From Raillietiella orientalis (taxonomy: Eukaryota), in assembly GCA_036172245.1 (NCBI GenBank), contig JAYWIR010000033.1, positions 806,001-870,000 on the forward strand: 64,000 nucleotides of DNA, given 5' to 3'. This document shows, in pieces, positions 26,127 through 38,526 of the stretch (position 1 is its first letter; each line of letters starts with the position of its first letter). The translations under genes and the position numbers were made by a program. The notes below the pieces were generated by a model. That model was not told the DNA's origin. It saw only the letters and a list, made by a program, of their open reading frames with translations, and searched no databases.

Positions 26127-28139
26127 GAGAAGGGCTCGTACAGAGTATCTTTTCCAGCGGGAGTAACTAAAAAAGCATTAGTGTTTACTAAATTAAAATT
26201 CCTACTTTTTATGAAGAAAAATCTTGCAGAACTGAATCATGGAAAAATCCATCTTTTTCTTTTTTTTTTTAATGCGTACATATGCGTAGGTAGTACATAC
26301 GTATGCCTTCAGAAACACCTACCCGAGGTTGTACTTCTATTGCTACATGTTCAAATGTGCATGTGCTTCTTATTCCTCCGTCGTCATGGTAACAACATGT
26401 TGCCAATCCTCGAAAATTACTGAAAATTTATTTAAGAACTTTAATATTTACTGCGTTCCAAACAACTACTTACCTAAAATATTAAACTAAATTATTAATG
26501 GGGAAGAAATATTGAATTACGGTTCCGATTGAATAATTCAAATTTCTAAACTTTATTTTTGAGACTACTTCCAGTAAAAGAAGTTTACAAAAAGGATAAT
26601 TTTAATTTAGAATCCATTACTCAATGATGATTGAAAATATTTCCCATGCCGGAACATATTCTTAGGAATTTTCCATTTTGGAATATTTCCCCTTTTTGTA
26701 AGCTATTCAAACTGGTACTTGCGTCCATTCCTCAGTATTTAATGAAAATTCCTGATGATTATGTCTCGACCTGCTTTTTTTTAACCTTGGGCTTTATTGT
26801 TGCTTTATCTTTAGTGCATCGTCTGTTTCTTCCTTGACTTCATCTTTCGTCAAACGATCAAGTTCTTCTTATAGCTCACTGACAGTGTTTTGTGCTGCTA
26901 CACTGCGATAGAAAATGCCATTTTTTATATGATCTTTTTGGGAATTCTACTTGCTCAACCTTAATGTCACTGCCTATTTAAAATTCAAACTTTTGGATTC
27001 CTCTCTACAGCATCTTGGACCTTATTATACAGTCTACAAGATACTGAAATAATGTAGTTGAGAAGTCTTCAACGTATTTAAAGTATTAACATCGTACTAG
27101 AATCACAAAACCTTCATAATTTTCAAGCTTGTTTCCAACTATGAATTCAAAGTATTTAATTCAAAACACTTGAACAAAAAATTGAATTCATCAATTACAT
27201 GAAATTTTACTGCTTTTTCAAAAATGCCATTTCACTAAGCATTTATAGGGCATCAAGAGTTGTGATCTTTTTTTGTTTTTATATTTGAATGATCGAATTC
27301 AAGGATTCATGCATGTCGAGACAAAAATGAAAAGAAAACCAAAATGGAATAGTCGAGTTTTAAGCCGATTGAGGCAATCCATGATAACATTGTTCGATAA
27401 GAGGTCCAATGAATGTTTGTCTAAATACCTTCAGAAATGAAAGACTGTGATGCAAATTTTGGCACATTCATCAAATGCCTTGCAATGATTCTTATTTAGG
27501 TGTAATAGCATACAGCAGCACTTAATTTCAATAAAATTCTAATTCCATTATCTAGAATTTTATACTGAAACAAAAACAAAACATTTCTGTTTGCTATTTT
27601 TTATCCCAGTTTTCACCTTTTATTCCTCAGCCTTTTCTGATTTCAGTGCCGCCATAACAGTAATGCAATATGCACACATTCACTTGACGATTGAAAAATT
27701 TTGGGTTTAATCGTCCCTTTTCTGTGTCAATCCATTTCCTTTTAGCAAAAGATCTTTTTTCCCAATCTTATTTATTTTCCTTAAGGTTTTCAAGAAACAC
27801 CGCGGTCTTGGACACTTCGATTCCAGATCTCGCTTTGTTCTGCCAGTGTTTTATCGTTTCAGGCACATTCCTACTTATATGCGAGTATTTATCTTAAAAC
27901 GAGCTGCCAGACATCTTTCCACCTTTTAAGAAAATCCGAAACATAGGTTCCTTTGCTAGGACATCCGCTCGGTGTAGCTCTGTGACTCATTCAAGATTGA
28001 AGATTTTCCTTGTTGCTTATGGACTTACCACATAATCCTCAATTGCTTGATAACCTCTGGTCCTTGAAGTACAGACACAGAGGAGTCGCTAAAAGGTCAC
28101 TATCCCTGTCCTTTTTGATCATATCATACCTATGAGTTA

Positions 28140-29850
28140 CAAGCTACCATCATGTCTTCTCGAACTGTTCCCCTATTTCCATGTCCACATCAATAAAAAG
28201 AATATGGTATTCAGGAAAGGCTAACAGATATATAACAGCGAGCGTGTTCATATCCGTGTGTTTGCAAAGTGTCAGGCAACTCGTGTCCAATGCAATGGCA
28301 TCTGGACGGCACCACGTAGGTGCGATTTACAGAGGGTGCGACGCTCGGTAAACATCTAAAACAATTCTCACCCACACACACATTCTGAACTGTTGTGGCC
28401 GGCAGGGGTGCTATCACATGAATCATATTGGCTCGTTCATTCCGTCAGGATAAGTGGAGTGGAGGAGGAATGGAGAACAGAGATGAGGAAAGGAAGAGGA
28501 GGAGGAGGAGGTAGTGGAAAGGAGGAGGAGTGAAGAATTTCTCCAGAGCTATCCTGAACTCGGGACTTGTAGGGAGGAATCCAGTAGGATTCCGCTCCGT
28601 CATCGAGAATGCGAAGAAACCAAACGTCTTCCATTCAAGCACGCTCCCGGTAAATATTCATCATCAATAAGCTTACAGAGTTGGAGACTGGGACCTCCAA
28701 CCGACTGAAGGAAGGAGTCGTGGAAGGAGTGAGGAATTCATCAGCTGACTGCATGTGCTGTGAATCTGTCATTGCGCCTTTCATTAAATAATAATGCGAT
28801 TATTATCTATTACACAAGGGATCGCATCTTCAAACGTAATTCTGAGATTTTTCCTCATCCTCCATAGAGCATATGTAACAAGAACATCCTTTTCGGGAAC
28901 GGGTTTTCAAAAATTTCGGATCATGCGGTTGCCTCGATGGCAAGCTGCTGCTCCATCAGTGGGGAGCATTTTGGGAATATCTGGGACGATGCTGTTCTTG
29001 CATGCTCATTGATGGCTGCATCATCCCCAGTTCCCGTCGTCTCTTGGTAGTAGATTTTCGTTTATTCAAACTCTGAATGCACACAAAAGAAACCACGAGT
29101 GGAGACTTCAAGGGCTGTCCGCGTCGAGTTTTCATTTTTGAACAGTGCTTTTTTATTTATTTTTTTTACATATTCTTATTTGATTCGATTATTTATTTCA
29201 TGATTCAGTTCAGCAGTTTGATTTCTGTTCTTCTTCGATGTCCAGGGAAATGGTCTCTTGTTTCGTGCAAGTGGGACCTTAGTGGAGATCAAACTTGTTC
29301 CAAGGCAGCACGGTTACTGCAACGAACCAAGATGTGCATTTCACGATCACCTGCTGTTGCTAATGAGGGATGCAATCAACGGAAATAGTTAGGAGCACAT
29401 GATCTCGGGACGAGTAAGAGCGAAATGCCTTCTGGAAGAGGCAGGAAGAAGGGGGGAATGTCCCTTATCAAAAACAAGTGCGTAGAAGAATATGGAGATC
29501 GATCTACCGAAAACTGCGGTAATTCCTGATTCTTAAAATTCAAGAGTGATTTATTCGCGCTATTTGCCTGTGTCCCTGAAGACTTCTGTTTCAAGCTTTC
29601 TTTGGAATGGTTCCTTGCGAGTTTCGGTTGGTTGGTTTGCAGTAACGATCTCATCTGTCTCATCTGTTTCATCACGGGTGTTTCCTAAATCCGAGTAGGA
29701 GATTCCCAATACTCAAATAGCCGAACCATTTGTAAATCTTCACTTTCAAGGATATTCAATATAATCAATGGAAGAAGCCCAGGAGAAGATTATCCAAGTC
29801 CAGCAGTCCATGACGCAATACAGTAGGCTATGATGCCATGCCCTACTCTT
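28140..29850 (-). mobile_element. Decayed I/R1-group LINE (RT plus RNase H)
   Basis: LGFRKH (~QxGFRK), VPRSCAP (~VPQGS.L.P) and a downstream RNase H motif GHGNRGTVRED (~GH.GI.GNE.AD) near 28180. Confidence 0.45.
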
Positions 29851-31539
29851 CACTAGATTATCCTCTTCTTCATTTGTGCTTCATCAGACAATCCTGCGTC
29901 CTACGTATACCTGCGTAGCCTTTTATCCATGGAGTCACAGCTCTTCCTTTTGTTTGCCCTGAGGTTACAGCGCAACCATTCCATTCCGCATCGGACTTTC
30001 CATACAAGACCTCATACACGGAGATGAGTGGCTTACAAGAGAGAAACGTCTGCATCTCTTTATAATGCTCCACACACAATCAGTGATGCGTGCATTTCTA
30101 GGAAACCGGATGTAAGTAAGAAACCGGATGCCCGGGCATGATCGTCAGTTATCGTCTTTGCCGAGTAATCATCGCGACGAATGTCTTCTTGCAGAACTTT
30201 CAGTTTTCCAACAGTGAGTGCTTCTTCTCAGCTCACTCCGGTCCTGTTCCTTAATCTCTCCGTGTGATGCTGATCTTGAGGTGTACTTGGGGAGCTTGAG
30301 TTCTCCAGCGATGATCTCCATCACCATGGTCTCCTTCATGTGGCTCTGTGAAATGAGCGTGCAATGTGTGGTTTGGTGGAGAAGCCGACGGCTTCATCGG
30401 CTCACAAAGTTGCTCTGAGCACATTCGATCTGCAAAGATCAGATCCGCCAGCCCCGAGAAAGAAGAACAAATTTTCTGTCCAATCTGCTTTCGTGGTCCT
30501 CTCTTTCACTTCATTTTTACACTCAATGAGGCTTCTAAACCAATTTGGTGACTCGTGTTTGAACCTCCCCCACTGGTGAGACATGCGGGCGCGTTCCCTG
30601 CTTTCTGGATCCTTGTATTACATTACATTAAGTGATCCTGTACATTGCAGACGTGCCTTACTCTCACACGCTTCGGTCCTAAGCATGCAGCTTTGGAATG
30701 GTTCTGCACTCCAGGTCATTCCCAATGGCAACTCTCAGAGTTTACCCGTCCACCCTGAGAAAAAACTCCTAAAAACCATTGGGAAACTCACATTTCCGAG
30801 TCCAATTTACGGTGACGGTGTAACCACTTTCTTGTGTGGTTAATCTTTTTTTTTTTTCAAGTAGGCCAGTAGCGAACTCACGGGGACATCGTGACTACTG
30901 ACCTAGGATGGTGGAATTTCTTTTGGGTTCTTCTGTTTCCCTGTCTTCCTTCCGTCTTTTCTTTCTTTCCTTTTTTTTTTTTCGAGCTCTGTTTTCTTCG
31001 GTTCGGCAAGTTCTCAAGAACCACCTGGAGCCGTTCACTTTAACATGTTCCCGTCGGGATGCACCACGTTGGTACATGAATGGTGTCTCATCGGGCGGGA
31101 TGTACCAGCGGTGGCACAAGCAGATCTAATCACTATTACCGGCCTTTTTTAAAATGAAATCAATAAAAAGCCTATAAATGAACAAAAACTAGGTTGTTGC
31201 ATCAGATATACGTAAGAATTAATATATAAATGTTAATTTCAAACAAATATCTTGAAATTAAAAACAAAAAACAAATGAGGAGAGCTGCTACCTAAAAGAA
31301 AGGCTTACCTAAAATGATATCCACTACTGGGCTCAAAAATATTGTAGCCAAGACAACAAGGAATGCTTTTGCCTTGATCATCTTGCATTAACAAAGAAGA
31401 ATAAACAGGTGAGCCACATAACATCATGTGATTTTATCCAAATCGGCCCCGTCCGATGAAGAAAACTATCAATAACCGAGCCGCCCTACCGCGAGACTAT
31501 GAATTATGGGCCCCAGCATAAACGTGTTAAACACTGTTC

Positions 31540-32154
31540 TCACGTGGGAATCTTCAAGTTGTAGGGGGCAACCCGGAGGGACCACCCTATGAATTCAGGA
31601 AGGTTCCGGAGGAAAGAGTCTTTTCAGCTGAAGCTTAGGAACCTCTTCCTCATTCTCTCCGGAGAGGTTCCCCGGAGGGGACCGCTCCTCATTCCTTGTC
31701 CGAAAAAAAGGGGTCGAAGAAGAACCCTTCAAAGGAGGTTGCCAACACCTCCGAAAGGATCCGCTCCCTTTGAAGAGAATTTCCAAGGGACACTGCCTCG
31801 CCTACCATTCCCTGAAGGGAGCAGCGCGCTTCTTGACCCTCTGGAGAGGACAACGAGGGATGCATCAACCGCTCTGTTTTCACAACAGGAGGGGAACTCT
31901 GAAGAAAACCGACTCTGTGATTCCTGGAAAGACCACGGAGGGTCAGATCCCTGTCAGTCAACAGAAGCATGAGGCTTCCACCGCTGCGGCACTTGAAGAA
32001 GCCAATCAGCGTCATCTTGCGCAGGTGGTGGGGAAACTCGAAATCCACGACGCACCCCCCATTTTCGGCGTCGAGACTTCCCTCCGGGCGGGATTAGAAC
32101 CTGCAACGCACGGTGCTGCGCGCGGAGCGACCGCAGCCACACGGCCGCCGACGC
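31540..32154 (-). mobile_element. tRNA-headed SINE-like element, copy B (tail missing)
   Basis: GCGTCGGCGGCCGTGTGG head, GGTTCTAATCCC, second box GGATTTCGAGTT, GATGACGCTGATTGGC, TTCCAGGAATCA, ATAGGGTGGTCCCTCC. Confidence 0.75.
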
Positions 32155-32694
32155 GGGCGTGGAGGTCAAATCAGTGGTCAAATCAGGATCTCTAGCCAGC
32201 GGATGTAGGTCAGTTCCAGTAGAAGTGAAATTCTCATTTCCTCAGAACTCGTCAAGTCCTCAAGAGTTGAGGTAAACAGGAAACCGTAAGTAAACAACTT
32301 TGGCAATAAAAAAAAAAAAGACTGCTGCTTACCATTCACGAGTTCTTCAGCCAAAAACGGATTCAAGCAAGAGTCGATTATGAGAGCAGTCAGGCACCAG
32401 TGATGAACCCAACCCGATTTATTTCTTTGGAATTTTCTGCGTAATTTTAGCAGGAGTATGGAAACCATGCCACCCTTCTTTCGGAAGTTGTTGCCTGCTG
32501 CTGTCCCTTACCGTTCTTCCTATTTTCACATTTTCGTGATTATGCCCTCAGATCCTGCGTATGATTTTTTCATTATTTCAGTCGCAAAATTCGCCGTCGG
32601 CATCGAACTCCGTGTCGAAGGTCTTACGCCTGAACCACAGGGAAGTTTCTGCTCTTCCTGTTCCGGTCCAAAAACACGTCCACGGGAGCCGAAT

Positions 32695-33576
32695 TATTCT
32701 TTTTTTTGGTTCGCTAAGTACCCCAGAGCCGGTCGCGTGCCTCGCGGCGCACGTGGCTCTTTTTAAACATTAAACACACTGTTTTGTTTCCACGCCTCTC
32801 CGCGCGCGGCAACCCGCAGGGGGGCGTGTAATTCTTCAGTGTAATTCTTCAGGATAGGGGGCACCCCGGGATGGGAGTCCGCCCCATGAATCCAGGAAGG
32901 GCTCGGAGTCCGTTCCCCTCACGCTTGGGGGGGGATCCCCCCCGGACGGGGGGATGAATCGCACGTACCACCCTGGTTGTCGCCGAAGGAGAAAACCGAA
33001 GGGAATCTCCTTACTCATTCTCTCCGGAGGGACACTCCCTCCCTGATGGGGAGGGGCTGTCCTCTCCATTTCAACTTTTCTGCAGGGAACTGGAGAGGAT
33101 CCGCTAGTAAGAATTTCTTCTCCGGAGGGAACCCGCAAGGGAGCCGCTCCTGTTCACTCTGAAGAGAACCCTGAAGGGACGCTTCCGAAACTCAGAAGGG
33201 GCGCTGCAGCTTCCCGCAGGGAATCGCTCTCGCTTGCTTCCTTGTGCACACTGTGAGGAGGCCACGACTCGGAGGGTCCCTCCTGCAACAGGGGGGAATC
33301 CGCTCCTTTAAACAACTGGAGAGGTGCCCGTGAGGGCTCCTGCTCCACCTTGAAACCGGAGGGGTCCCCCGAAGGTCAATTTCCCATTGTTCCGGCTTCA
33401 TCGGGGGCCTCCGGCTTTATCTACCGCCGGTGCCACGCGCGAGTTAGGCCAACGAGCGCCATTGCAGGAGAAAGTCGGAACCCGACGACGCAGTGGTGTC
33501 AGAGTTTCATACCGGAGTATTCGAACCCGCGACGCATGGTGCCACGCGGAAGCCTTAACCACAAGGCCTCCGACGC
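32695..33576 (-). mobile_element. tRNA-headed SINE-like element, copy C
   Basis: GGCCTTGTGGTTAAGGC A-box/D-loop, GGGTTCGAATAC B-box, ATGGCGCTCGTTGGCC, shared body and a GGCTCTGGGGTACTTAGCGAACCAAAAAAA tail. Confidence 0.75.
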
Positions 33577-33899
33577 GGACCGAATTATTCTTCCGCAACC
33601 ACCGTCAGGCAGTCTTTTGGAACCGAGAGAACAGATGTCATAACAGGAGCGGGCAAGCGTAAACTTCCTCATCATGTCTGCGCAAACTGAGTTCAGCTCA
33701 CGGATCAACTTTTCGCTTCTGGGATCACGAGCTTCTGCTGTGCGAACATCGTGGCTGCAGAGCAGTACGATGAGCTCATGGACGGGTCGCAGCGGGTCAT
33801 TGCAGTGGGATCTGATGCCAGTCCATCCCAGTCAATCGTTCCAGCTTGAACTGGGCTTAGGTACTCCATGGTGTGATCATCAGGGGGGGGGGGGGGGGT

Positions 33900-34070
33900 G
33901 ACGTGCCCATGGGGAGTACGACTCATCGCATTTGTAGATGCGAAGAAGGAGTACTGAAAGACTTCAAGGAGAGCTCCGGCAGCAGCGTCAGGGGCGCGAC
34001 GGCTCGTGAGGTACTCAACGAACCCCCCCAAAATGAAAACCCGAAAGAAGAAGGAAAAAAGTATAACAGC
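33900..34070 (+). mobile_element. 3' tail only of the same SINE-like family (copy F)
   Basis: AGGGGCGCGACGGCTCGTGAGGTACTCAACGAACC followed by GAAAACCCGAAAGAAGAA matches the tails of copies D and E. Confidence 0.65.
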
Positions 34071-34959
34071 GAAGACAGAAAAGAACCCAAGAATGCTCTC
34101 CATCATCAAAGGTCGGTGAGGTGGACGCTTCCCACGGAATCCAGAAGATTGGATGCCGTTCAAGAAAAATGCGACGCGATTCACAATCCACCATTTAATC
34201 GCTTCCGGCCCGAACATTGTCAGGGGAGCCATCTTTCCTGGAGTCGTGATTCCGGGGGAAGAGACCAAGGGGAAAAGGAACTGAAGAGAAAGAAGCGAAG
34301 GCGCACCTTCGTCAAGGAACAGCGGCATTCCCAAAACACGAACAACGAAGTGTTTGCAGAGGAGAAGCGAAAAGCGAAACTCTGGATCTCGACAAACCTC
34401 GGCAATCGCTCGTTTCCCAACCGGCTCAAAGTTTCCGGTCTGTCAAGATCCATTGACGCTCTTTTTTTCCAGTTCGATTAAATATTTACTTTCGGGAATT
34501 AAAAGTTGGATTTTTATGGTAGTAAAAAACCCTAATAAAACACCAAAAAGGAATCAATTCGAATTCGAATTATGCACGTTTATGCGTTCAGTGCACCTTC
34601 CCCATGACGCATGCATCAATAAAAAACCAAAAATGACGGGTTCAAAGAAGAAGGGATAAAAGAAGCAGAAGACATCTCAAGATTGGTGTTGAGCTAAATT
34701 AGCTATGTCACGCCTTCAACCATCTGGTGGGACGTGCCACCCGCACCTGCGCATGTATAGATGGGAGAAGTTTCAACCACCTTCGCTGCCTACCCGGAAA
34801 ATGCGGAGCATTAGCGTCTTCATATCTGTGGAGGAGATAATCTTCCCCTCTTCTTCCCCTCTGCACCATCCCGGCTCATTTTCTCTCTGCATCATCCCAA
34901 TTTTCGCGCGTGTCTGCTGCCGGAGTCAGGGTTCGCTACCGTGGGCCGCTGTTAGCCAT

Positions 34960-35330
34960 CAGGGCTGCGGATCTGAGTGTTTGTTTCCCTCGAGGGCGAG
35001 CTTATGCCGCTGCAAGCCGGACTTCGAACCAATAGGGCGCGCGTATGTGCGAAGATTGTCGCCCAAGAGTTCTGTTCGGATACTTACCCCATCTGTCTGG
35101 GGAAGGGGCGTTCGCGCCAGCGCGAGGGTCCAAGCAGAGCACGCGGGTTTTTTTTTTCTCTTTTTTAATAAGGACTCAGTTTCCTTCCGGGCTGTGAAGG
35201 TCTTTCCGAGTTCACTCAGCTGAAGTGAAACGAACTCAGTACTCAGAGTGGATCGACCTGCTCCCGAGTCAGTCTCAGCTCGAGCTGGAAGGCTGTGTGT
35301 GCGCGGGTCAGTGCGGAAGAGCTGACGTCT
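34960..35330 (-). mobile_element. Ty3/Gypsy-type integrase core fossil
   Basis: LFRTDP (~SDNG), ESLLKK, LALARTPLPQTDGVSIRTELLGDNLRT (~L.YR.TP..TG.SP.ELL.GR.LRT). Confidence 0.45.
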
Positions 35331-35419
35331 CCGGTGGCGCCGCCAGGAAAGAGGCGTGAAACACCCTGAGGTCCTGCTTCGACTTCCGTTCGATGTTTCC
35401 GAGCCCGTTTTCAAAAACC

Positions 35420-36095
35420 CTTCTCTTGGGTTCACTGAATACCTCAAGAGCCGTCGCGCCCCTGGCGGCGGCCCACGCAGCTCTTTGACGCTGTTTCACG
35501 CCACCCGAGGGTGCCTGTAATTCGTCAAGGTAGAGGGGGTACCCCGGAAGGGGTCCGCCCAATGAATCCAGGAAGGGCTCGCAGTCCTCTCCTCTCATGC
35601 CTGGGGAGGGATGCCCGGAATGGAGATCACCTTCCACCCTGCTTGTCCCCCCAGGGAATCCCCGCAAAGGAACCGCTCCTGCTTCTTCCTCTGGAGAGAC
35701 CATCGAAGGGATGCTTCCGAACTTTCTCGGAAGGGCGCTCCCCGAAGGGAGCAGCGGGCTTCGCTGCACTCTCTGGAGAGGTGGCGACTCACCTACTCCA
35801 TAGTACGGTCTCCGCTCCTTTGCACAACCGGAGGACAACCCCCACTCCTTGATTCCTGGAAGGACCCCGAAGGGTCGGCTCCCAATCCCGACCACTCATC
35901 GGGGGCATCTCGCTACCTGGATCGCTACCTGTGCCGCGCCCGAAAGAATAGAGGCCAACCAGCGCCATCCTGCGGAAGGAACTCGAACCCACGACGCACC
36001 CCCATTTCTCCGGCCTCGATTCCTGCCGAGTATTCGAACCCGCGACGCCTGGTGCCCCGCGCATAGACCTCAGCAGCCCTCGTGGCCTCCGATGC
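35420..36095 (-). mobile_element. tRNA-headed SINE-like element, copy D
   Basis: Two B-box-like motifs (GGGTTCGAATAC and GGGTTCGAGTTCC), CCGCAGGATGGCGCTGGTTGGCC, CCTTCCAGGAATCAAGGA and a GGCGCGACGGCTCTTGAGGTATTCAGTGAACCC tail. Confidence 0.78.
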
Positions 36096-36339
36096 GGGCG
36101 CTCCTCAGTTTTCGAAAGTTCTCCCGAAGCTCGGGACCGCTCTTCGCGCTTGCACAGCAGATGCAGTCCTCTCGCTGTTCCGGCTCCTCTTGGGAGGCAG
36201 CGTGGCACTGGAAGCTGAGGGCGAGCGCATGTTGAAAAAAAGAGTTGGATTGACGAGCCGTTTTAGTGCTCCTCGAAGTTTGCGACATGAAGTTTTGGTG
36301 ACTGGGATGCAGCGGGAAATGCGAGATGCCGATCGTTCT

Positions 36340-36650
36340 TTTGGATTCCACGGACCGTATTGCCGTCGGTATGCACAAACGTCTGATGCTCTTCTTTGAG
36401 TTCCCAGAAACGCCTTGACGCTTTGGCTTTACTCAACTAGCGAACGTGGGCGCAACGTATGAGACGCTCACATTCTGCCCCTGATCAGGTGCGGTCGCTC
36501 AAACCGACGGTAGTCCAGGTCAGCACCCACGACGAACGTCACGCATTCCACTGTGCCACGAGCGAAGCGGCATCTGCATACAGGACACCAAAGGTGTTCT
36601 TAGTGCGTGACACACGGTGGCTGAGCACAACTTTGCAATGTGTCTTTCGG
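36340..36650 (+). mobile_element. Possible hAT transposase fossil
   Basis: STDRIAVGM (~TDGA..M.G) followed by VRDTRWLS (~TRW.S). Confidence 0.3.
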
Positions 36651-37037
36651 TGACTCTCGAGGCGGCTCTGCTTTTTTTTTTTTCTCCCAAGTTGTCAACC
36701 ATGTTCCCTCGTATCCGTGGACGATGCTCCATGCTGTTCTCCTCCTGCTCACCGGCACGCAGCGATGCCACTTTTCCTTCTTTTTTTTTTCTGCACCGGG
36801 AATTCCTATGCATCATCAGCGGATCCGTGGGATTTGCTCATCGAATCAACCAGGTGCGCCGCGGGGTCGAGGCGATCCCGCCGCACCTGCTGCCGGAGTG
36901 CGACGCCCTCCTGCCCAGATGGGAGAGGCTGGCTGCAGTCCCCTCGCACCCAACAAACACTTCCTCGGGACGCGGCGAGGCATTCCATCTTCCTTCGGGG
37001 GTTCTCCACGGCCGCAGCAGCTGTTGCATTCTTTCCA

Positions 37038-37270
37038 GATTTTTTTCTTCTTTCGGGTTTTCCTTTTTTTTGGTTCTCTGAGTGCTGAAGAACCGTTCGC
37101 CTCCTTGAGGGGGGTTCTCAAAGCTCTTCAACACTATCCACATCATCCGAGGGTGCGTGGAACTCTCTGAGTTGTAGGGGATAGTGCGGGAGGGGACCAC
37201 ACTATGAATGCAGGAAAATTCCGGAGGAAGGAGTCCGTTCCTCTTACGCCTAGCAGAACTCCGAAGGGTA
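37038..37270 (-). mobile_element. 3' part of the SINE-like family (copy E)
   Basis: Shares GGAGTCCGTTCC, CTATGAAT..AGGAA, CCGAGGGTGC and the GAAAACCCGAAAGAAGAA tail with other copies. Confidence 0.65.
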
Positions 37271-37279
37271 CCTTCAGCT

Positions 37280-37570
37280 GGTTCCGTCTCTAGGGTCCCG
37301 ACCCCCCGTTGTCCACTCCGAGTAAAGTGACATGGGAAACCTCCCTGTTAACATTATAGACCCCCATCTCCGAGGGTCCATCGATAGCCACGCCCCCGGA
37401 AACGCTTGTTCCCGCCCAACAAAACACTCAGGATGCAGATTCTTCAGGAGGGGAGAAGTTGACTCCTCCTGACTTCTCCAGGAGAAACTTGCCGGCAGTT
37501 TCCAAGATGACTGGGAAGGAGAGAGCAGCAGCAGCCTCGCGATGAGAACCGGGAAAGACCTGCCTCATGG
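37280..37570 (-). mobile_element. L1/Tx1 APE-endonuclease fragment
   Basis: ILET (~LQET), SGGVAI, VDNGGR (~D..GR). Confidence 0.4.
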
Positions 37571-37591
37571 TCTTCGTTCCTCCCATGAGTT

Positions 37592-37960
37592 TACACCCGT
37601 GTGCGCCGGAGCATTTATTTCTCTAATAAACAAAACTGTGTAGGGCTGTAGGCCCTACAGCGTCAGAAAGTGTTCGGAACTTACCGAGTCTCCGGCACGC
37701 AGGCCGGCGAGGTGCGACTCGGCAGTGGGGGGGGGGGGAGGGGACAAGCAAAAAGAAAAATAAAAGAAACACTATTTAAAAAAGCAGGTGGGTTGGGGAA
37801 GGGATCACGTCCACCGCAGGTCATCCTCTACATCCTTTCCAGGATTCCGGCAAGTTCCATCTGCATGCGTCCCAGATGGGGTCAACTGACTGCCGTCCTT
37901 AGAAAGTGCAGGTTTCCGGTGGCTTCTCCTATGAGGGGCCACCTGAAAAGACCTACGTGC
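37592..37960 (-). mobile_element. Tx1/L1-like 3' end (ORF2 tail plus 3' UTR)
   Basis: The 3' UTR is homologous to 42930-43122, 40895-41080 and 46751-46960, and ends AATAAATGCTCCGGCGCACACGGGTG. Confidence 0.7.
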
Positions 37961-37977
37961 CACCGAGTCTCGAGAAG

Positions 37978-38055
37978 CGCAGGTTTGGCTCAGCGGCGAA
38001 AGTGCGCGGTGCCGTGTGCGAAGGCGAGGGTTCGAATCTCGGAGGCACTCGCCCC
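37978..38055 (+). pseudogene. tRNA-derived SINE head of a second family, or tRNA pseudogene
   Basis: A-box TGGCTCAGCGG and B-box GGTTCGAATCT at tRNA spacing; acceptor stem not intact. Confidence 0.5.
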
Positions 38056-38239
38056 TGAGACAAAGCCCTCGCCTCGGCAGAAAGCCCTCCCCCATTCCAC
38101 CCCTTCCATTCTTGACGCAAGCTTGTGAGGAGCGAGTAATCCTCCACGGTGGAAGCTGCGGAAATCTCTTCCCCTCTTTGTGCGATTCTGAATAAGGGAG
38201 GAGGAGGACGTCGTCGGCTTCTTTTTTTTTTCATTCTTC

Positions 38240-38526
38240 CCTTTCTCACCCCGAAGAGAACCGACTTCTTGGTTCCCGGAAGGGCCCCTCGAAGGGTCAA
38301 CTTCCAAATACCAGACAATCAGCGGGGGCGTCTGGTTTTCTGCTTCCACCATCACCGCACCCGAAGTTTACAGGGCCAACTAGCGTCATCCTACGTGGAC
38401 GACTGAAAACCGTCGTGGGTTTCCAGTCGCCTCTTATTTTCGACGTCGAGACTTTTCCCCGGGTGGGACTCGAACCCGCAAGGCTTGGTGCCGTGCGCGG
38501 AGCGACCGCAGGCACACTGCCGCCGC
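38240..38526 (-). mobile_element. 5' part of the SINE-like family (copy G)
   Basis: GCGGTCGCTCCGCGCACGGCACC...GGGTTCGAGTCCCACCCGG...AGTCTCGACGTCGAAAAT...GGATGACGCTAGTTGGCC; closest to copy B. Confidence 0.72.

Noticed and set aside
27330..27490. VLSRLR...KTVMQIL as a LINE C-terminal knuckle
   Set aside because: Cys/His ligands are absent; too degenerate to call.
37592..37620. Conserved 20-mer at Tx1 ends as an snRNA/tRNA target site or LTR end
   Set aside because: No match to U2 or tRNA as I recall them, and the TSD of the 46751-47830 copy lies outside the motif.
31540..38526. Dispersed repeats read as a CRISPR array or a functional tRNA gene cluster
   Set aside because: Copies are long, diverged and irregularly spaced. 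Anticodon and acceptor arms do not fold, the context is eukaryotic, and there are no cas genes.
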